Under the pieces are notes generated by a model, which did no database searches, was not told the DNA's origin, and saw nothing but the letters and a program-made list of their open reading frames with translations. Source: a virus (Duplodnaviria; Caudoviricetes). From it: DNA of 38,174 nucleotides. The stretch covers positions 1-38,174 of the IMG/VR virus record IMGVR_UViG_3300031716_000027; one strand, 5' to 3'. This document shows, piece after piece, positions 34,865 to 38,174 of the stretch (positions are counted from its first letter, which is position 1; each line of letters starts with the position of its first letter). The position numbers and the translations under genes are program-made.

Positions 34865-35260
34865 TTATCCATTATGAATTTTGAAATTTTTTAAATTATC
34901 TATCGCTATTGAAGAGCAGGGAATAATTTCACAGACTTGAGATAGCAATATATAGTTGACAGTCTCAGAAATTTTACCATCTTTAATACCGTTATTAGCG
35001 ATAGCAGATAATGTAAACGCACCTTCCCAATACCATAGGCGCCGCGAATCTGATAATTGAATGCAAAGATTTTTTTCGTCGAAATCTTTTACGACACCAA
35101 AATGTACGCCAGCTGCATACGTTCGTATAATGCAATATTTTCCAATAAAATATTCATACATTGGTGAATTTGTAGATTTATCAATTTTATTGCCATGGCC
35201 ATCTAATGCCTCTACAATATTCAGCAGCTCCAATAGTCCTTCTATTTTCGATTTAACCAT
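34865..35260 (-). CDS. DUF6948-like protein
   Basis: IIRTY.AGVHFG, L..SRRLWYW.GA.TLS..A..G, EIIPC motifs. Confidence 0.8.
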   Translation of the reverse strand: MVKSKIEGLLELLNIVEALDGHGNKIDKSTNSPMYEYFIGKYCIIRTYAAGVHFGVVKDFDEKNLCIQLSDSRRLWYWEGAFTLSAIANNGIKDGKISETVNYILLSQVCEIIPCSSIAIDNLKNFKIHNG

Positions 35261-35289
35261 TTATCTCTCCAAGTTTAATTTTAAAAAAT

Positions 35290-35434
35290 CAGCTTCAGAG
35301 GCAAGCAGCACGATTATTCGTTTTCTTACCTGCCCCATCCACCTCCTAACGCTTTCCCGCACGACCCGAAATCAAATTAGTGCCAGTTTTCACCTTAGCC
35401 AGACTGGCAGCCGACTTGCGCTATCCTGCGCCGC
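35290..35434 (-). ncRNA. Candidate structured RNA element (hairpin + pseudoknot, copy B, plus a further long hairpin)
   Basis: AGTCGG/CTGGCT stem; loop TGCCAGT pairs with ACTGGCA; downstream GGGGCAGGTA/TGCTTGCCTC hairpin; GC-rich island in an intergenic gap. Confidence 0.45.
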
Positions 35435-35489
35435 TATGAAGATGATTAAAACAGTTTTTATACCCATAACAGCCTATAGTATTTTAAAA

Positions 35490-35951
35490 TCACCACGGTA
35501 TATCATCAGAAAATTCGTCAGCCGGGGGCGCCTGAAAATCACCACTTAATTTTTCTGTGTCGGTAGCTGCATCCGGCGCCGCTGGAACGTAATTGATATT
35601 AAGAAAAAGCTTGTCAGTTTCTTTATCTTTTTTATAAACCAGCATAGCTTTACCGCATTTCCCAACATATTTATACAAGTCAAAGTCACCGTCGACATCA
35701 TCACCGTGACCGATAGACTCTAACAAATCGTTAATTTTCCATTTCATTTTAGCCGTCATAAAGTCAGTGGCTTTGCCGGACTTATCCTTGCAATCCCATA
35801 TGCGCATTTCTACAACAAGCATATCATTGCCGCTACGGCGAGAAACGCCTTGCGTGGTGGATAATATTTCAAAATCTGCAAGTCCTTCATTAAAAAACTT
35901 GCCGCGATTTTCTTTTTCTTCAGGTGTCATTGTTTCGTATTTAAATCCCAT
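35490..35951 (-). CDS. Single-stranded DNA-binding protein (DUF669-like)
   Basis: EG...FEI.....SRRSGNDML motif, acidic tail ending DDIPW, adjacent to a Sak4-like gene. Confidence 0.75.
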   Translation of the reverse strand: MGFKYETMTPEEKENRGKFFNEGLADFEILSTTQGVSRRSGNDMLVVEMRIWDCKDKSGKATDFMTAKMKWKINDLLESIGHGDDVDGDFDLYKYVGKCGKAMLVYKKDKETDKLFLNINYVPAAPDAATDTEKLSGDFQAPPADEFSDDIPW

Positions 35952-35956
35952 TTTAT

Positions 35957-36826
35957 TTACCCCTTGTTATCGATTTTACTTCGTAATGCAGTAATTTTAT
36001 CTTGAACACACGCTCTATTCACTTCTTCAATTGATTCGCTTTTGTTAGCCTCTAACCAATCTTTAACTTTTTTATCATCAATTTTTAACAATTCGATTAA
36101 TCTTTTAAGCTCCGCCACTTCCCCAGGCACTGCGCATTCAAATTGATTTACATCTTTATATAAAACATCATGTCCATATTTTTCGGCAAAATTTGCAAAA
36201 GACCAATCAAATCTATCTGATTGTGGCATCGACTTTATTCTGGATTTGTAAATGATTGCTTTTCGGGAAGTTCCATGCATTACAATATTTAAGCACAAAT
36301 CAAGGTCATGATTTATTTTATCCCACGCATCAAATATTATTCCTGCTTGTTCACCATTCTCCCATACGGATTTTTCATGACAAATTAAAACGACATTCAT
36401 ATCAATTTTTTCAACCCAATTAATTAATTGCCGCGTTAATTTTATTGCATCTTTTTTAGACGCACCATAAACATCTTTATCCCCTAAAATTTCTGCTGAC
36501 TTTTGTATTTCGTTATTATAGAGTTTTGATAAAGAATCAATGACTACTGTTTTATAATTATGCTTTTCAGTGGCTAATGCTTTAATTTGCTCGATAACTT
36601 CAACAAAACTATTAGCTCCTTGAGCTTGACCTAAATACACGCCATTCGATTTTTTTAACTTATCCGTATAATGTTCTAAAGTGGCGCCCCCCTCTGCATC
36701 GATATAATAGACATTTGGAAAATCTAAGGATGCCCATGTTTTACCAACCCCAGCCTTACCAAACAATACAATCTTAGGCTTTTTAGGCTCTGCCATTTTG
36801 GGGTCAATTGCCTTTAATTTGCTCAT
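35957..36826 (-). CDS. AAA_24 / Sak4-like ssDNA-annealing ATPase
   Basis: GKAGVGKT, IDAEGG, YKTVVIDSL and VVLICHEK motifs. Confidence 0.85.
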   Translation of the reverse strand: MSKLKAIDPKMAEPKKPKIVLFGKAGVGKTWASLDFPNVYYIDAEGGATLEHYTDKLKKSNGVYLGQAQGANSFVEVIEQIKALATEKHNYKTVVIDSLSKLYNNEIQKSAEILGDKDVYGASKKDAIKLTRQLINWVEKIDMNVVLICHEKSVWENGEQAGIIFDAWDKINHDLDLCLNIVMHGTSRKAIIYKSRIKSMPQSDRFDWSFANFAEKYGHDVLYKDVNQFECAVPGEVAELKRLIELLKIDDKKVKDWLEANKSESIEEVNRACVQDKITALRSKIDNKG

Positions 36827-36880
36827 TGCGCTTATCTCCGTATTAAGTAAGTGCGCAACTATTTACACACTTGTAAATGC

Positions 36881-36909
36881 AGTATAAATCATTAAACTTG
36901 AAATGTCAA
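36881..36909 (-). promoter_or_regulatory. Strong sigma70 promoter for leftward operon 2
   Basis: TTGACA (36909-36904), 17 bp, TATACT (36886-36881); homologous to the 5296-5324 promoter. Confidence 0.85.
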
Positions 36910-36920
36910 GCTAAAATAAA

Positions 36921-37412
36921 TTAAAACTTCAAATTAAATTCATTCATCACCTGAACCCAGTATTCAAGCGTGCTATCAAAGAATGAATGCAACAAAGGCA
37001 AGTCAGTCTCTTTGATAGTATTGCTATCAATAATTGCTTGTACGCGGGGGTGGACATATGAGGTGTAATACTCATCTACTGAAATACCCAGTATTTCAGC
37101 TTTAGATTGAAGATGATTGTTTTTAATGAAGTCTTTTAAACTTTCCACTCCATTAACCAGTGACGCCGTAGTTTCATTAATTAATGATAAAGAAATACGC
37201 CCCCTTGAGAGCTTCTCCATGATTTTAATGTATTTTTGAGAGGGTCGGTAAAAGCCATGATACCAATTCCATGCACTGGTACTTGACACCCCCATAGCAA
37301 TCGCACCAGCCCGAATACTCGGATACTCATCAAAAAATCGTTGTATTTCTTTCACTACAAAAAATGGGATTTTTTGAGCTTTTGGGCGCCCTTTGAATGT
37401 ATTTTTTTTCAT
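36921..37412 (-). CDS. HTH transcriptional regulator (Cro/YdaS-like N-terminal HTH)
   Basis: A.AMGVS..S..NW..G...PS......E.LS.G.I pattern; divergent from the replication operon; no S24 peptidase domain seen. Confidence 0.7.
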   Translation of the reverse strand: MKKNTFKGRPKAQKIPFFVVKEIQRFFDEYPSIRAGAIAMGVSSTSAWNWYHGFYRPSQKYIKIMEKLSRGRISLSLINETTASLVNGVESLKDFIKNNHLQSKAEILGISVDEYYTSYVHPRVQAIIDSNTIKETDLPLLHSFFDSTLEYWVQVMNEFNLKF

Positions 37413-37490
37413 TTTTTTATCCTTGTTAATTATGTAAACCTATTTTAAGTTAAAATTTAAATTTAATCAAATTATATTTGCAAATTACTG

Positions 37491-37566
37491 TTGACATTCC
37501 ATTACATTACCATTAACTTAAATTGCTTTCTTAACAATTACTTAAGTTAGAGAAATTTCTTACAAA
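37491..37566 (+). promoter_or_regulatory. Putative rightward promoter with a downstream AGAAATTTCT operator-like site
   Basis: TTGACA (37491-37496)-17-TAACTT (37514-37519); palindrome at 37551-37560. Confidence 0.5.
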
Positions 37567-37583
37567 CAACATGAATGGAGATA

Positions 37584-37811
37584 ATGATGATTGAGAAAAA
37601 AGCCCGAGAAATTGCCCTCGAAAATGGTCATGCAAGTTACATGTCAGATAAACCATGTATAAACGGTCACCTTTCAAAAAGAAGCACTGTTTATGGAAAT
37701 TGTTACAAATGTATTATCGAAGCGCAAAAACGAAATATCGTGAAACGAAAAGAGTTGCTCGAGATTGGCAGACAAAAGCAAATTGAAAAGGAATTGAACA
37801 AAAATGGCTAG
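37584..37811 (+). CDS. Small Zn-finger protein (KPC.NGH...R.....C..C)
   Basis: Motif usually seen N-terminal to phage HNH nucleases, here stand-alone; GGAG RBS before the ATGs at 37584/37587. Confidence 0.7.
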   Translation: MMIEKKAREIALENGHASYMSDKPCINGHLSKRSTVYGNCYKCIIEAQKRNIVKRKELLEIGRQKQIEKELNKNG

Positions 37812-38174
37812 AATAAGGACAATTAAACCCAGTTTTTGGGTATCTGAACAAGTGATGAGTTGTTCGATTGATGCGAGGCTATTTTTCATCGGATTATGGA
37901 CTTTTGCAGATGATAGCGGAGTTATAAAAAACTCGCCAATGAGCTTAAAAGCTCAAATCTTCCCGGGTGATAACATGAATTCGACGAGCATTCGACGAAT
38001 AGTCGACGAATTGTATACGAATAAATTATTAATGCCCTTTTCTGATGAAAATGGAGAGCAATATTTGTACATTTTGAACTGGGCAAAACACCAGAAAATT
38101 GACAAGTCACTTGAGAGGTTAAAAGCGCCACCCCTTGATTTAATTAAAGATTTCATTTCAAATTCGACGAGCAT
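37804..38174 (+). CDS. Phage replication initiator, 5' part (continues through the junction to 563)
   Basis: MARIRTIKPSFW.SE......ARL.FIGLW.FADD.G, the N-terminus of phage replication organisers; no stop before the contig end. Confidence 0.88.
   Translation, partial: MARIRTIKPSFWVSEQVMSCSIDARLFFIGLWTFADDSGVIKNSPMSLKAQIFPGDNMNSTSIRRIVDELYTNKLLMPFSDENGEQYLYILNWAKHQKIDKSLERLKAPPLDLIKDFISNSTS
37980..38012 (+). repeat. Second cluster of 11-bp iteron-like repeats
   Basis: TTCGACGAGCA, TTCGACGAATA, GTCGACGAATT. Confidence 0.65.
38048..38174. repeat. Terminal direct repeat, right copy
   Basis: Identical to 1-127. Confidence 0.95.

Noticed and set aside
35061-35549. 162-aa plus-strand ORF (likewise 4117-4530, 32228-32587, 18535-18873, 19175-19501 and other antisense ORFs)
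   Set aside because: These lie opposite well-supported genes in tightly packed operons and have no recognisable motifs.
38048-38174. Biological terminal repeat or att site
   Set aside because: It is exactly 127 bp, interrupts a gene and matches a typical assembler k-mer overlap, so it is best read as a circularisation artefact.

Overview
This window is an apparently complete, circularly assembled genome of a tailed dsDNA phage. Positions 1-127 are identical to 38048-38174, so the unit length is about 38,047 bp. The structural module (5.5-27.1 kb, + strand) follows a P22-like podovirus gene order: TerS, TerL, portal, scaffold, coat, head-tail adaptor and hub, three ejection-type proteins, tail fibre, tailspike and a putative holin. 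A replication initiator spans the contig junction (37804 to 563) and carries 11-bp iteron-like repeats. Two long leftward operons (5240 to 1006 and 36826 to 29243) start from homologous TTGACA-17-TATACT promoters. They encode Sak4-like, SSB-like, VRR-NUC, YopX, Imm5-like, DUF6948 plus Gly-repeat, DUF2829/Tad2-like and outer-membrane beta-barrel proteins among many small unknowns. A GH19 endolysin and a tRNA-Pro(UGG) lie on opposite sides of a separate divergent promoter. I saw no integrase, DNA polymerase, reverse transcriptase or CRISPR array. The most unusual signals are an RNA-level layer and several domain duplications. The RNA layer comprises a candidate sRNA whose loop is complementary to several phage RBSs, a twice-repeated hairpin+pseudoknot motif, tandem mini-pseudoknots before the scaffold gene, and a tRNA-Pro with A37. 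The duplications are a double beta-helix tailspike, repeated Tad2-like modules and a triplet of Zn-binding paralogues. All family calls come from motif recognition by eye, not from database searches.
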